Below, piece after piece: positions 19,305-28,323 of a DNA stretch of 64,000 nt; the stretch's first letter is position 1; each line of letters begins with the position of its first letter. This stretch comes from an uncultured bacterium (GTDB lineage: Bacteria > Zixibacteria > MSB-5A5 > UBA10806). The notes under the pieces were generated by a model, which saw nothing but the letters and a program-made list of their open reading frames with translations, made no database searches and was not told where the DNA came from. The translations under genes were made by a program, and so were the position numbers. The stretch covers positions 1 through 64,000 of the forward strand of contig CBEUCH010000002.1 in the NCBI GenBank assembly GCA_965541585.1, in the 5' to 3' direction.

Positions 19305-19685
19305 TCACGCGGATTTTCCTTCCTGAAGTAGCAAATAACCAAAACCGACGGTGAAGAAAAGGTAGACGGCAACGATGCTCCAACCGAGCAGGTTCAAGCC
19401 GCCTGAAAGCTGAATTATCAGTGTGGCGACAAGAGCGATAGCGTCATAGATAAATAAGTTCAGGATGATCGCCCGCCGGGCATCGGATGCCTCCGCCTTC
19501 CTGGCGAACCAGGTAAGCATGAGATTGCCTGAAAGCGCTGCGCCGTATTCCCTCGCAGTTAGCGCCGCTCCCGCACAAAATGAAGTTCCCAGCAGGGTCA
19601 GCAATTGACCGGGAAAAAATAAAAGTATGGGCGCGAAGCCAAGACAGACAACGGCTTTGATGATCATCAATGTTCTGAAATTCAT
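19305..19685 (-). CDS. Small four-helix membrane protein
   Basis: Four hydrophobic segments; GGAGG RBS. Confidence 0.75.
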   Translation of the reverse strand: MNFRTLMIIKAVVCLGFAPILLFFPGQLLTLLGTSFCAGAALTAREYGAALSGNLMLTWFARKAEASDARRAIILNLFIYDAIALVATLIIQLSGGLNLLGWSIVAVYLFFTVGFGYLLLQEGKSA

Positions 19686-19887
19686 CGAAACCCTCCATGT
19701 TTTGATAATTTGCGGGTATCCAGACCCGTTTCACCTATCGAAAGGTGTATGTCGTCAGAACTTCCCGATATTAATGCTAAGAGGTAGTTTTTGGATTATC
19801 AAGTTTATTAATGATCCCGTCCTCGCGCTGGTAGGGTAATGGAGTGCGAACTAACGGTTGAGAATAGACCATATTGAAATCAATATT

Positions 19888-19914
19888 GTAGGGGTCAGGT
19901 TACCTGACCCCTAC
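19888..19914. repeat. GTAG-ended palindrome, REP-like
   Basis: GTAGGGGTCAGGT-T-ACCTGACCCCTAC. Confidence 0.8.
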
Positions 19915-19945
19915 GGATTGGCTCTGATTTTTTATCGCGCTGTCG

Positions 19946-19989
19946 GCCCCGCCTTTAGCGGGGTTTCCCGATCCCGCCATAGGCGGGAC
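19946..19989. repeat. Two short CCCGC/GCGGG hairpins
   Basis: ccccgc-cttta-gcgggg and tcccgcc-ata-ggcggga. Confidence 0.55.
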
Positions 19990-20111
19990 TGTCAGGAAGG
20001 GTCATACGACTCGCAGAGGTTCCTGAAAGCGCATTAACAGCATAATATAAGTTGCCAGAGGGGCGTTTCCTCGAGTATTATATACACCGGATAAAAATGG
20101 AGAGTGTATTT

Positions 20112-20579
20112 ATGAGAAAACTTATTCTTTTTTTAACATTATTAGTCGTGTCCGTGCCCGTTGCTCAAAGTGAGACGCCGAAGGAGGGTCAGTTCGGTCT
20201 CGGGGTTATCGCCGGGGAACCGACCGGGCCATGTTTCAAGCTCTGGACGAGTCAGCGCACCGCCATCGACGGGGCGGCGGCCTGGTCGTTTGCCAAGAAC
20301 TCCGGGATGCATCTGCATGCCGATTACCTGGTTCACGTTTACGATTTGATCGATGTCGAAACAGGGCGATTGCCGCTCTATTACGGGATCGGCGGCAGAA
20401 TCAGGTTTGGCGAGGGTAATCGCGATGACAATATCGGGGTTCGCATCCCGGTCGGATTGGCGTACCTGGTTGAAAATGTGCCGCTGGATGTTTTCTTCGA
20501 AATCGTGCCGATCCTCGATCTGGCACCCGATACCGACCTCGATTTCAACGCCGCCATAGGCGTCAGGTATTTCTTTTAA
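20112..20579 (+). CDS. Small outer-membrane beta-barrel protein (DUF3996-like)
   Basis: Signal peptide from ATG 20112; FGLGVIAGEPTG, IGVRIPVGL, C-terminal GVRYFF. Confidence 0.82.
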   Translation: MRKLILFLTLLVVSVPVAQSETPKEGQFGLGVIAGEPTGPCFKLWTSQRTAIDGAAAWSFAKNSGMHLHADYLVHVYDLIDVETGRLPLYYGIGGRIRFGEGNRDDNIGVRIPVGLAYLVENVPLDVFFEIVPILDLAPDTDLDFNAAIGVRYFF

Positions 20580-20642
20580 GGAGTTGACGGCTCTATCAGG
20601 CTTATTTGTAGCGACAGAACATCGTTCTGTCTTGTCTGCTTT

Positions 20643-20704
20643 GTCATGCCGCACTTGTCCATACGGCCTACGGCCCGTAGGGATCCGTAGGAATGCGGCA
20701 TCCA
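20643..20704. repeat. GTCAT-type REP-like element with nested hairpin
   Basis: gtcatgccgcacttg...[cctacggcccgtagg]...aatgcggcatcca. Confidence 0.65.
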
Positions 20705-20710
20705 TATCAT

Positions 20711-20737
20711 GTCGGGAGCGCAGGGCTCCCCACCTAC
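20711..20737 (-). repeat. GTAG-type REP-like hairpin
   Basis: Reverse complement GTAG-gtggggagc-cctgc-gctcccgac. Confidence 0.65.
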
Positions 20738-20774
20738 CGCTCTAGATTAGAGGGGTTGCTGATTGGGAAGGGAG

Positions 20775-22109
20775 TTAAAATGCAACTATTACCAGGAGGG
20801 CAAGAATCCAAACACCTAAAAGGGCTTCAAAGCCCACTAATATCCTTGCCCATCGAATTGGCTCATATTCAACTGGTTCAAGAAGGAAGAATTGCATCCA
20901 TTGATGAGGCCGAAAAGACCCATAACCAAAGGTAACGAAAGATAACAGGCTAAAATATAAGCAATGTAGTATAAGTTTCCCTTTTCCAAAACCTGGTATT
21001 TCTGCCTTATTGTTGGATTCTTCTCGTTTTAATATAATTCCTGATTTCGAATTCTTATATAATGTTAGAATTAGAAATGGAAGACTAAATAGAATAATGA
21101 TAAAAATGGAATATGGAATTAACCAAAACGGTTTTGACCCATATCCATACGTCCATTTTAAGAATACTTTTCTAAGGCCAGCAATATACCATGAGGACCC
21201 TTTAGTCCTGATTTCATTTTCTCTATAGTTGAACTCGGCTGCGATTTCGGGCATGCGTACTTCTTGATAAAAATACTTCAGATCTCTATATGTGATTTCG
21301 GCTTTTATATAATCGTCATTTGCTTTTGTAGAATCTGCGTCTACCTCCTCACCAATAACATAGCGACTGCTAAGCTTATCACCCCATCGAATATATCTTA
21401 TGTTTTTTGCTTCGTGTAAGTTCGATCCCCAAAGGTATGTTGAATCAAAAATCGCATGAAGCAAATCAGTATCCTTAAGGTTTGTTTTAACCAAGAATGA
21501 TTTCTTTAAATTAGCCCTCCAGAGTCTTGCTTTCTCGAGATCTGAATTACCTAAATATGCTTCTTCCATTTTTGCGTTAGTAAAGTCGGCTAATCTTAAA
21601 TCTGCCCATAGAAAACTGGCATTTCTAAGATCTGAATCTATAAAAACAGCACCTTTTAAAATCGCTTCAGCGAAATTAGCCCACTGAAGGCTACAATTTT
21701 GGAAATTAGTATTTTTTAGAATTGTATTTGTAATGATTAAAGAACGTCCTTTTCCCTGTTTAAAATTTGAGCCAAGACTCGCCGCCTGCAGACAGGAAGA
21801 AACCAGGTCTATCCCCGATAGATTATTACCCGACAATGGGGCCAAGCGCATATCGTATCCCTTCAAAATCATGCTATCAGATTCTGAAGGTATTTCAAAG
21901 AAGTAGCCGCGTATGGCCCTGTCTTTTTTTAAAACCTTTAGTAGCAAGTGTACATTTTCTTTAGTCCAGCGAGTACGTAGACTATCTTTTTCCTCATCAG
22001 AGTATTCTATCCAATCCTTGAATTCTATAGTATTAGTACCATATACATAATTGATGGATAGGATTATCGTAAATAAAAATATTTTTAAAAGTACTTTGGC
22101 GGATCTCAT
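20775..22109 (-). CDS. Pentapeptide-repeat protein with C-terminal ion-channel-like (TxGYG) domain; AT-rich
   Basis: A(D/N)(L/F)xx repeats; WTYGYG; YFSLLSFVTFGYG pore-like motif between TM helices. Confidence 0.82.
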   Translation of the reverse strand: MRSAKVLLKIFLFTIILSINYVYGTNTIEFKDWIEYSDEEKDSLRTRWTKENVHLLLKVLKKDRAIRGYFFEIPSESDSMILKGYDMRLAPLSGNNLSGIDLVSSCLQAASLGSNFKQGKGRSLIITNTILKNTNFQNCSLQWANFAEAILKGAVFIDSDLRNASFLWADLRLADFTNAKMEEAYLGNSDLEKARLWRANLKKSFLVKTNLKDTDLLHAIFDSTYLWGSNLHEAKNIRYIRWGDKLSSRYVIGEEVDADSTKANDDYIKAEITYRDLKYFYQEVRMPEIAAEFNYRENEIRTKGSSWYIAGLRKVFLKWTYGYGSKPFWLIPYSIFIIILFSLPFLILTLYKNSKSGIILKREESNNKAEIPGFGKGKLILHCLYFSLLSFVTFGYGSFRPHQWMQFFLLEPVEYEPIRWARILVGFEALLGVWILALLVIVAF

Positions 22110-22180
22110 TTAAATATTCCGATTCCTTTATTATGTTATTAATTAAATATGATTATTCGGCATAAGTTGTCAAGATAATC

Positions 22181-22225
22181 GTCGGATTTTTCATCCGCTA
22201 TACGCGGACTCAGAACCCGACCTAC
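22181..22225 (-). repeat. GTAG-type REP-like element (same family as 14578-14620)
   Basis: Reverse complement GTAG-gtcgggtt...tccgc-gtata-gcgga...aatccgac. Confidence 0.7.
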
Positions 22226-22233
22226 GGCTTCCC

Positions 22234-24234
22234 CTACTCCACCCTCTTGGCCAGCACCTCCGTAAGCTCTTTCACCTCATGCGTCTCATCCTTGCCCAGC
22301 GCCTTGAGGCCGTCGGTCATCATGGTCATGCAGAAGGGGCAGGAGACGCCGATGGTTTTAGCGCCGGTGGCCACGGCCTCTTTGGTGCGGTTTTCGTTGA
22401 TACGCTCGCCGCGGGTTTCTTCAAGGAACATCCGGCCGCCGCCGGCGCCGCAGCAGAAAGACCACTCGCCGGTGCGCTTCATCTCGATTCTCTTGGCGCC
22501 CGGTATGGAATCGATAATATCTCTGGCCGGCTGGAACATCTGGTTATGCCGCCCGAGAAAGCAGGAATCGTGGAACGTTATCTCGCCCAATCCATCGCCG
22601 GAGATCTTGAGCTTCCCCTCGGCGATGAATTTAGCCAGCAGTTCATGAACATGATAAACCTCGTAGTTGCCGCCGAAATCGGTGTATTCGTTTTTAAAAG
22701 TGTTGTAACAATGCGGGCAGTTGGTGAATATCTTTTTAACACCGGCTTTGTTAAACGTTTCCACATTAGCCTTTGCTTGTGTCTGGTAGAGATATTCCTC
22801 GCCCATGCGGCGTGCGGGATCGCCGGTGCAGGTTTCGTCGGAGCCGAGGATGGCGAATGACACGCCGGCTTTGTTCATCAGCTTCACGGTCGCCTGTGAG
22901 ACCTTGATATTTCTGGCATCCAGAGCGCCGGCGCACCCGACCCAGAAGAGATATTCGGCGTCCGGTTTTTCCGAGATATGTCTGACATCCAATCCCCGGT
23001 ACCATTCGGCGCGTGCCTTCTGTCCCAGCCCCCAGGGATCGCCGGCTTTTTCGATATTCTTCAACGCCAGGCCGCCTTCGGATGATATCCGGGCCTCGTT
23101 TAGTACCAGTGACCGCCGAAGCTCCATCAGCATAGGTATATGATCGATGAGAAGCGGGCAGGCGCGGACGCAGGCGTCGCACATAGTGCAGTCCCAGATG
23201 ACATCCTCGGTGATGACATCCTCGATAAAACGCTCGCTGAATCCTTCGACTTTTCTCTTGAACAGATACGGCGCCTTTTTCTGGGCATGCTTTCTAAGCT
23301 GCATGATAATTTTCTTGGGTGATAGCGGTTTGCCGGTGATATATGTCGGGCATTGATCCTGGCATCGTCCGCATTCCGTACAGGCATAACCGTCGAGGAG
23401 ATACTTCCATGAGTATTGCTCGACCCTGGTGACGCCGTATTCCTCCACCTCGTCGGCCTCCAAATCAGGAGTCGAGAGCTTGCCGTCTGATTGAAGCCGC
23501 GAAAAGAATACATTCGGCAGGGAGCAGAAAACATGCATATGCTTGGAGACGGGTACATAATTGAGTATTGCCAGAAAGAAAACCAGATGCCCCCACCAGA
23601 AAAGATGAACGTAGAATAAGAGAGAACTCTGGGACAAGCCCACATTTGCAATCACGCCGGCCAGAAACGTCGCGGCAAAAGCCGATGGCTGGATCACTCC
23701 CTGGGCCGTCATGTTGAAACCATCGGATAGCAGGTCGAAAACTATCAAACCGGCGATCAGAATCAGGATGATGGCCGGTTCCCAGCCTCGGGCCATCCTC
23801 TCGGAGCGCAAAAAATTTCGCTTTATAACCACCAGCAGAATACCGGTCAATGCCAGCAGGCTGAACAAATCCACCAGAAACAGAAATGGCTTATGCAGAA
23901 GGCTACCTAATAATGGTAGCTCAAAATTCGGCGAAAACCCTTTGCCGAAGAAATTCAGGGTTGCAAAGGATATGATAATAAAACCCCAGAAGATCAGAAA
24001 ATGGGCGCTGCCCATCAGAAGCTGATCCAAAAGACGCCTCTGGCCGAACACGAATTTGAAAAGGCGTCCGAAACGTGCCCCTATACGATCCCATCTTTTC
24101 TCCGGGCCAAATGAACGCAACAGCCGAATATAAAAATATAATTCGCAGGCCAGAATAATCAGACTTATACCAAAAACTATGAAAAACGCGATCCTCTCGA
24201 TCCCGGCCGGCGTTATTTCAACAGGTCCTGGCAT
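22234..24234 (-). CDS. fadF: Membrane-bound Fe-S oxidoreductase, FadF/HdrD-like (TM region + 2 Fe-S + CCG domains), probable ETF:quinone oxidoreductase
   Basis: N-terminal TM region with His residues; CTECGRCQDQCP, CTMCDACVRACP; CTGD, CPHC, HDSC, CCGAGGG, CPFC. Confidence 0.88.
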   Translation of the reverse strand: MPGPVEITPAGIERIAFFIVFGISLIILACELYFYIRLLRSFGPEKRWDRIGARFGRLFKFVFGQRRLLDQLLMGSAHFLIFWGFIIISFATLNFFGKGFSPNFELPLLGSLLHKPFLFLVDLFSLLALTGILLVVIKRNFLRSERMARGWEPAIILILIAGLIVFDLLSDGFNMTAQGVIQPSAFAATFLAGVIANVGLSQSSLLFYVHLFWWGHLVFFLAILNYVPVSKHMHVFCSLPNVFFSRLQSDGKLSTPDLEADEVEEYGVTRVEQYSWKYLLDGYACTECGRCQDQCPTYITGKPLSPKKIIMQLRKHAQKKAPYLFKRKVEGFSERFIEDVITEDVIWDCTMCDACVRACPLLIDHIPMLMELRRSLVLNEARISSEGGLALKNIEKAGDPWGLGQKARAEWYRGLDVRHISEKPDAEYLFWVGCAGALDARNIKVSQATVKLMNKAGVSFAILGSDETCTGDPARRMGEEYLYQTQAKANVETFNKAGVKKIFTNCPHCYNTFKNEYTDFGGNYEVYHVHELLAKFIAEGKLKISGDGLGEITFHDSCFLGRHNQMFQPARDIIDSIPGAKRIEMKRTGEWSFCCGAGGGRMFLEETRGERINENRTKEAVATGAKTIGVSCPFCMTMMTDGLKALGKDETHEVKELTEVLAKRVE

Positions 24235-24263
24235 GATTGTCTCTTTCTAAACGAGCAGTATGC

Positions 24264-24281
24264 TCGTGAATTATTTAACTA
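24264..24281. promoter_or_regulatory. Possible Rex-type operator upstream of the fadF-like gene
   Basis: TCGTGAA-TTAT-TTAACTA vs TTGTGAA-N4-TTCACAA (3 mismatches). Confidence 0.35.
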
Positions 24282-24465
24282 TCAAATCCATACGAAACCA
24301 CCCTGACTCGCAAACAGAGACAGGTTCGAATCATATTCTATAGATTGCATATCGGATCTTGTCAATAAATCTTCAGGTGATGAATGATCTCATTGTGAAG
24401 TCTGCGGGAGATATGGCAGATAGCCGAAGCAATAGAAATGGTAGTTATTGATATTCTTAACGATT

Positions 24466-25260
24466 CTAACCGCCGCCCTTCATCATTTTGACAAAGGCGT
24501 CGAAATCCTTGACCAGGAGACGTCCCGATATAGTTGCCAGGAGTCCCTCTTTTTGAAACCTGCTCACGGTGCGGATGGTCGTTTCCACTGTAGAGCCGAC
24601 TATATCGGCTATATCCTGCCGGGTGAGCCGGATATTTATAAGGATACCGTCGTCCGTGGGTGTGCCGTGATTCTCGCAGAGCCTGACGATAACCGACGCG
24701 ATTCTGCTTTCCACCTTGGATGATACCAGGGAGATGATGACATCGTGGGCATCCATCAACTTTGCGCCGAGATATTTTATGATCCCCCTGGCAATTCCCG
24801 GATATCTGGAAAGCAGATCATCGTAACTCTCCCGCGACAGCCCATACACGGTAGTCGGCTCGACAGCCTGCGCCCCGTTTCGATGCGTGTCGCCGAAAAG
24901 AGTCGTCCCGCCGCAGATCTGACCGGGAATCATTACCTCTAATACCATCTTTTTGCCTGAGGCCGAAGTCTTCAAAAGCCTGACGCGGCCCGATTTTATT
25001 ACATAAATCTTACTTGCGGAATCCCCCTCCCGGAACAGGTACTGATTCCTTCTAAACTCGTATTCATGGAAATACGGCTCTAAATGGGATAGATCCTCAT
25101 TCCCCAGGCCCTTGAAGAATGGGATTTTCGATATCGCCTCGGCCTTTGAATGAATCGGTTTGGCCTTGACTTTCAGTATATGTGATGGATGTTTCCCGCC
25201 GGTCTTCGAGATGCCCGGCGGATGGCCGCCTGAGCTCCTTCCGGATCTAATGTTCGTCAT
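24466..25260 (-). CDS. Crp/Fnr family transcriptional regulator
   Basis: cNMP-binding fold (LFREGD, GRVRL) and HTH LTRQDIADIVGSTVETTIR; GGAGG RBS. Confidence 0.92.
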   Translation of the reverse strand: MTNIRSGRSSGGHPPGISKTGGKHPSHILKVKAKPIHSKAEAISKIPFFKGLGNEDLSHLEPYFHEYEFRRNQYLFREGDSASKIYVIKSGRVRLLKTSASGKKMVLEVMIPGQICGGTTLFGDTHRNGAQAVEPTTVYGLSRESYDDLLSRYPGIARGIIKYLGAKLMDAHDVIISLVSSKVESRIASVIVRLCENHGTPTDDGILINIRLTRQDIADIVGSTVETTIRTVSRFQKEGLLATISGRLLVKDFDAFVKMMKGGG

Positions 25261-25719
25261 ACCTCCAGCTCATATAACTTCATCTTAATAATTATCGTTT
25301 GCATGTCAAGCCCTAAGATCGAGAACAAATTTCGCCTGTTAAATCCATTTCATCAAAGGTATATCATGCCCGAAGATCGATATTCTCCATCCTGATAATC
25401 AAACAGCTCTGTTTAATAATGAAACAGGTAACCAGGATATTGTGCCGGGAATCCGGCGTAACGGAGCTTTTGTTCATGTCCAGATCGGTATGGTAATCAG
25501 AAAATAACCCTCGGAGCAGCCCATCGATTTATGGGAAAGCTCCTATATTTTAAAATCTTGCCCCGGATTTTCCCATCCCGGCAAACGGACCTGTTTCACG
25601 CTCGACCGTGTTGGCGCACAACAGGTTATACCACCCCCTGAAACAATGGTCTCCTCCCTATCTGCTGCGGCATAGCCTTTGATTCTTATGGTAGCCAGAG
25701 AGTTAAAAGAGGGGGACTG

Positions 25720-25935
25720 ATGAGGATGAGATTTACCTTAAACATGGAAGATCTGGTTGTTAACGGCAACGTCATCGACAACATGATTCTGGATTGGATA
25801 GAAGAGGTCACGCAGGAGAAGGTTCTGGAAATTTCTCACCAGTGGATTTCCTCGCAGACATTCTTGACCGAGAGGATGATCGGTCTAAACAGGGTCGGAG
25901 AATCGAGCCTTACCATCGAACCGATGGAGGAATAA
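25720..25935 (+). CDS. 71-aa hypothetical protein, paralogue of 37838-38050
   Basis: GAGGGGG RBS; 20/70 ungapped identities with the 37838 ORF. Confidence 0.85.
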   Translation: MRMRFTLNMEDLVVNGNVIDNMILDWIEEVTQEKVLEISHQWISSQTFLTERMIGLNRVGESSLTIEPMEE

Positions 25936-25941
25936 CCAGCC

Positions 25942-26268
25942 ATGGAGCGTTTTGCCTGGTTCTACGATGAGGTCATGGCGCAAATCGCCAACTTAAAGCA
26001 GTTTGTAATCTCCATTCTCCGGAATATTCCATTTCTGGGAAATTTGTCCGACAGCCAGCTTCAATGGATTTTTATAAGTCTGGTTTTTATTATTTTAATC
26101 TCGGTCATACTGCCTCTAATCAGGTGGTCGGTGAAAATAGCAGTGGGCGCCGTAGTCCTGGCAACCATATTGGCCTTTATTACGTCATCATCTTTCTGGA
26201 GCATGCTGCCCTTTACCGGACTGGGCGTGGCCATTGTCCTGTTCTCGAATAAGTTCCAGATGGGTTGA
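25942..26268 (+). CDS. Small membrane protein (about 3 TM)
   Basis: GGAGG RBS; starts 6 nt after the upstream stop; hydrophobic segments. Confidence 0.8.
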   Translation: MERFAWFYDEVMAQIANLKQFVISILRNIPFLGNLSDSQLQWIFISLVFIILISVILPLIRWSVKIAVGAVVLATILAFITSSSFWSMLPFTGLGVAIVLFSNKFQMG

Positions 26269-26293
26269 TAGTTTGGAACCAGAGAAGAATAAA

Positions 26294-26491
26294 TTGAAGA
26301 ATTTCACAAGAAATACAAGGGTTTGTTCCAAATGCGGCCGGTCAATCGATAAGAATGGCTCGTTACCGCTCTGTCGTGGATGCCTGTCAGAACTGCCTGG
26401 ATATAAGAAGATGGTCGAAAATGCTAAGGCTTCTTTGCATTTTGTTCCCCGCCGTGCCTGCGACGATCCGAATCTCCGCGCCGGCCTTTGA
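26294..26491 (+). CDS. Putative small CxxC...CxxC zinc-ribbon protein
   Basis: VCSKCGRSI...LCRGC; start uncertain (TTG 26273 or 26294); 3' end overlaps ilvC on the opposite strand. Confidence 0.45.
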   Translation: MKNFTRNTRVCSKCGRSIDKNGSLPLCRGCLSELPGYKKMVENAKASLHFVPRRACDDPNLRAGL

Positions 26492-27461
26492 GTTTGCTTG
26501 ATAGCAAATCATGAGTTCTCTGCAACGATGATTGCCTGCTGGTTCGGAGCATTTTAGATAAGCCGCTCATTCCCTTGTCGCTTTCACCCGTCAACGTCTC
26601 TGCAAATCTTCCCGTATGAATCTCGTCGTATAACGTTTCCATCTTCTGTTTAAATCCGGAATCGAATAAAAAATCCTTGTTCTTCAGCGATCCGAAGGCA
26701 GCAGTTTTGCTGATTCGCTCAAACATCCCGGCGGGGCCGAACTGTTTTACCAGATCGATCAACAAATCGAGTTGATAAATGCACTCGAGATAAGCCGACT
26801 CCTCTGAATGCCCGTTCTTGACGAGAGTATCGAAGCCCGACTCCATCAACCCCACGAGTCCCCCGCAGAGTACGGCCTGTTCGCCGAATATATCCCCCAT
26901 CGCTTCCTCCTTGAATGTCGATGGGAACAGATTAGTCTCCGGACATCCTATGGCGGTGGCATAGGCACAGGCTATCCGCAAGGTCTCCCCGGAATGGTCG
27001 TTCTCGATTGCCCTGAAAGCAGTAAAAGAATCGCCATCCAGGTAATCTTCCCGCAGCCGAAGGCCCGGGCCATGCGGGGCTATCAGTATCACGTCACAAT
27101 CCGGAGGCAGCTTTACCAGCCCGAATGCGATTGAGAGACCGTGTGCGAAAATCAACGCCTTGCCTGAAAGGATTTGCAGTTTTCGAAGTCCATCAAACAG
27201 CTCCTTATGCTTGTGGTCGGGGATCAATATGGCAATTATCTCGGATTTCCTAATCGCTTTCTCTGGAGTCGTAGCTGTGAAACCGTCCTCGCTGGCGGTT
27301 TTTCTGGATTTGCTGGCAGATGGCAGCCCAATTAGCGGCAAGACGCCGGAATCGCGCAGATTCAAAGCCTGCGCACGTCCCTGCGAACCATAGCCCAGTA
27401 TGGCGACGCTTTTGCTTTTCAAGAAATCTGGTAGTCTTTTAACGGTTCTCTTCCCCGGCAC
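26424..27461 (-). CDS. ilvC: Ketol-acid reductoisomerase
   Basis: ILGYGSQGRAQALNLRDSG, FAHG, APHGPG, DIFGEQAVLCGG, AYLEC. Confidence 0.93.
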   Translation of the reverse strand: MPGKRTVKRLPDFLKSKSVAILGYGSQGRAQALNLRDSGVLPLIGLPSASKSRKTASEDGFTATTPEKAIRKSEIIAILIPDHKHKELFDGLRKLQILSGKALIFAHGLSIAFGLVKLPPDCDVILIAPHGPGLRLREDYLDGDSFTAFRAIENDHSGETLRIACAYATAIGCPETNLFPSTFKEEAMGDIFGEQAVLCGGLVGLMESGFDTLVKNGHSEESAYLECIYQLDLLIDLVKQFGPAGMFERISKTAAFGSLKNKDFLFDSGFKQKMETLYDEIHTGRFAETLTGESDKGMSGLSKMLRTSRQSSLQRTHDLLSSKLKGRRGDSDRRRHGGEQNAKKP

Positions 27462-27624
27462 GGCAAATCAAGATCGCATTTGTATCCGGATAAGTCAAAT
27501 CAAAATGGGCGTCACGTTTTATTATCCATATGCCCATATTCGTTTGGATCCGTTGGACAGATTGGGACACGCTAATTATGCGGGAAGTAATCACCCTCTA
27601 ATGTAGACTGCCGCCAAACATCAC

Positions 27625-27653
27625 TTGACCCTCAACCCTACATCCTGTAATTT
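27625..27653 (+). promoter_or_regulatory. sigma70-like promoter, leaderless configuration for ftsE
   Basis: TTGACC-N17-TAATTT-N7-ATG, no SD. Confidence 0.6.
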
Positions 27654-27660
27654 CAAATCC

Positions 27661-28323
27661 ATGTTGTCAGTCAGAAACGTGGTCAAATATTACGGCCGGC
27701 GGCAGATGGTCTTAGACAATATATCCTTTGAGCTGAATAAAGGTGACATGGCGTTCTTGACAGGGCCGTCCGGAGCCGGCAAGTCGACCCTTCTGAGGCT
27801 ATTGTTTCTTGAGGAGAAGCCCACTTCGGGGGAGATTGAGCTCGGCCCTTTCAACCTCAACAGCCTGCCGAAAGACAGGATACCGTATCTGAGGCGGCAT
27901 GTGGGCATAGTTTTTCAGGATTTCCGGCTGATTCCGGATCGCACCGCCTCCGAAAATGTGGCTCTGGCCATGGAGGTCGTCGGCAAGATGGGCATTGAGA
28001 TACGAAGAAAGACAGACGATATTCTGAAACTGGTCGGCATCTGGCAGAAACGAAATCAATACCCGCACCAGCTTTCGGGCGGCGAGGCCCAGCGGGTGGC
28101 GTTGGCTCGTGCCGTCGTCAACGAACCGCTGGTCATTCTGGCCGACGAGCCAACGGGCAATCTCGACGACAAGAACTCGATCGAATTGTTTGAGCTTTTT
28201 AAGAAGATAAACATTCAAGGCTCGACGATCTTAATTGCCACCCACCAGGTTTCGCTGGCAAAAGCATACGGCCGAAGAATCCTCTATCTCGAAGACGGCG
28301 CTCTGAGAGAGGAGAGAGGTTGA
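27661..28323 (+). CDS. ftsE: Cell division ATP-binding protein FtsE
   Basis: [43 protein letters not shown]; start moved to ATG 27661. Confidence 0.93.
   Translation: MLSVRNVVKYYGRRQMVLDNISFELNKGDMAFLTGPSGAGKSTLLRLLFLEEKPTSGEIELGPFNLNSLPKDRIPYLRRHVGIVFQDFRLIPDRTASENVALAMEVVGKMGIEIRRKTDDILKLVGIWQKRNQYPHQLSGGEAQRVALARAVVNEPLVILADEPTGNLDDKNSIELFELFKKINIQGSTILIATHQVSLAKAYGRRILYLEDGALREERG

Noticed and set aside
25579..25626. GGCAAAC...GGCGCAC resembling a c-di-GMP-I riboswitch
   Set aside because: Lacks the GNRA-capped P2 stem, the exact GACGCAAA and a P3 receptor stem.
25667..25684. sigma54 promoter before the 71-aa gene
   Set aside because: CGGCAT-N4-TTTGAT has GA instead of the conserved -12 GC.
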